Origin: a phage
NCBI GenBank assembly: GCA_012813795.1
Contig: GCA_012813795.1_4087.1
Strand: one strand, 5' to 3'
DNA: 64,000 bases
This document shows positions 60,734 to 64,000 of this stretch, one piece after another. The notes beneath the pieces are model-generated. The model was not told the origin of the DNA and did not search any database. It was given only the letters and a program-made list of their open reading frames with translations. Each line of letters opens with the position of its first letter. Within the stretch, counting starts at the first letter, position 1. Made by a program: the position numbers and the translations under genes.

Positions 60734-61658
60734 TTTTAATATCTCCTATTAAGTTCTCTAATATAGTTCGGTGATTTTGTTTATAATTTATTCGTATCAA
60801 ATTGATATTGTTAATATTACAAAAATTAGTTTTTATCAAATCACGTTTTTTAATATTAATCAATTCGTCAACACCACCCCAATGTTCCTTTTCGACGTAA
60901 TGCTGTTCACCATCATATTCTATACATATATTATAATCTGGTAAATAAAAATCAAAAGGTAATGGGTTTATATTCTTACAATCATCAAACTTATATTCTG
61001 TTATGTATTTAATTTTATTAATAGTGAGTATGTGACTAATATCTTGAACAGCTTTGGATATTTTATTATTACATAAGGAACAACCTTTTCCAGCTTGATG
61101 GTCAGAAAGTCTTTGGAAATAATAACCATGATTTGGGCAACCAATTTCAACAATATCATTCATATATTCATAATCTAATTTAGAATAATCATACTTATTA
61201 TTATGTATAAAATTACATTTATTAATAACTTTTTCTTTAGATTTTTTTCTTTTATTACCAATTACCACATTAGCACATTTTTTACATCCCTTCCCATCCA
61301 AATGAGAATTAACGGTTTGATAAAACATACCATGATTTTCACATGGACAAAATATTTTGATGGTTGTGGAATGTGATATTTTTTCGCAATATTCATATAT
61401 ATACTTATTGTTATGTATAACATTTGAACGTTCTATAAATTTATCATATGTTAATTTCGCATTACCTGAACACTCTGGACAACCGCCACCATTTCTATGA
61501 TAATAAGCATCTTGTACAAATTCACCATGAAAAGGACATATTATAATTATATTTGATTTTATTTTTATCAAATCAGTTTGAGTGTAATCATAAAAGAAAT
61601 TATGTTTTAAATGACATGAAATTATATATTCTTTCAATGTTATTTTAGGTCGCCCCAT
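60723..61658 (-). CDS. endonuclease with three Zn-ribbon repeats and a Vsr/DUF559-like PD-(D/E)xK C-terminal domain (likely homing endonuclease)
   Basis: Three repeats of HG-x-F/Y-x-Q...GCP-x-C type; C-terminal FDFYLPDYNICIEYDGEQH; very AT-rich and lacks AGTACT. Confidence 0.6.
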   Translation of the reverse strand: MGRPKITLKEYIISCHLKHNFFYDYTQTDLIKIKSNIIIICPFHGEFVQDAYYHRNGGGCPECSGNAKLTYDKFIERSNVIHNNKYIYEYCEKISHSTTIKIFCPCENHGMFYQTVNSHLDGKGCKKCANVVIGNKRKKSKEKVINKCNFIHNNKYDYSKLDYEYMNDIVEIGCPNHGYYFQRLSDHQAGKGCSLCNNKISKAVQDISHILTINKIKYITEYKFDDCKNINPLPFDFYLPDYNICIEYDGEQHYVEKEHWGGVDELINIKKRDLIKTNFCNINNINLIRINYKQNHRTILENLIGDIKNAI

Positions 61659-61661
61659 GAA

Positions 61662-64000
<2,339 letters not shown>

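Overview
This 64-kb window looks like part of a large, AT-rich (about 35% GC, estimated by eye) virulent tailed-phage genome. The replication genes resemble distant T4 or jumbo-myovirus types. No integrase, rRNA or CRISPR array is visible. About 125 CDS are packed head to tail on the minus strand, often with ATGA start/stop overlaps. The one convincing plus-strand gene is 11470..12627.

Recognisable products:
- Replication and DNA metabolism: two-subunit type II topoisomerase, RFC/gp44-like clamp-loader ATPase, DEDDh exonuclease, HAD nucleotidase.
- Protein quality control and translation: GroES-like co-chaperonin, PTH2 peptidyl-tRNA hydrolase, an orphan HslV/proteasome-beta-like peptidase.
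- Transcription: a full-length sigma-70-family factor.
- DNA modification and mobile genes: a C5-cytosine DNA methyltransferase interrupted by a LAGLIDADG intein, two HNH endonucleases, and a Vsr/PD-(D/E)xK-like endonuclease.
- Envelope-related module: LemA-like, TPM-like membrane protein, DEDDh exonuclease, TelA and a TelA-like paralog.

Two tRNA clusters hold five canonical tRNAs: Thr, Asn, Met, and two type-II Ser-like tRNAs, one with an unusual ACU anticodon. They also hold several atypical tRNA-like or structured RNAs. More than 25 near-consensus sigma-70-type promoters (TTGACA-N16/17-TATAAT, often followed by GTTTAT) and about a dozen hairpin terminators punctuate the operons.

Most unusual signals:
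1. The palindrome (C)AGTACT(G) is strongly over-represented in coding and non-coding DNA but missing from the mobile inserts.
2. An 18-member family of small proteins shares a C-terminal [ST]EE-x-[YFL]-F-Q-x-S-L-[IV]-x-D motif.
3. A second tandem family of about 55-aa proteins begins MTHEEW.
4. A ~520-bp ORF-free, hairpin-rich island lies downstream of (3' to) the sigma gene, just beyond its terminator.
5. The intein sits exactly at the catalytic Cys of the methyltransferase.

All calls come from reading the sequence and motifs. No database search was run.
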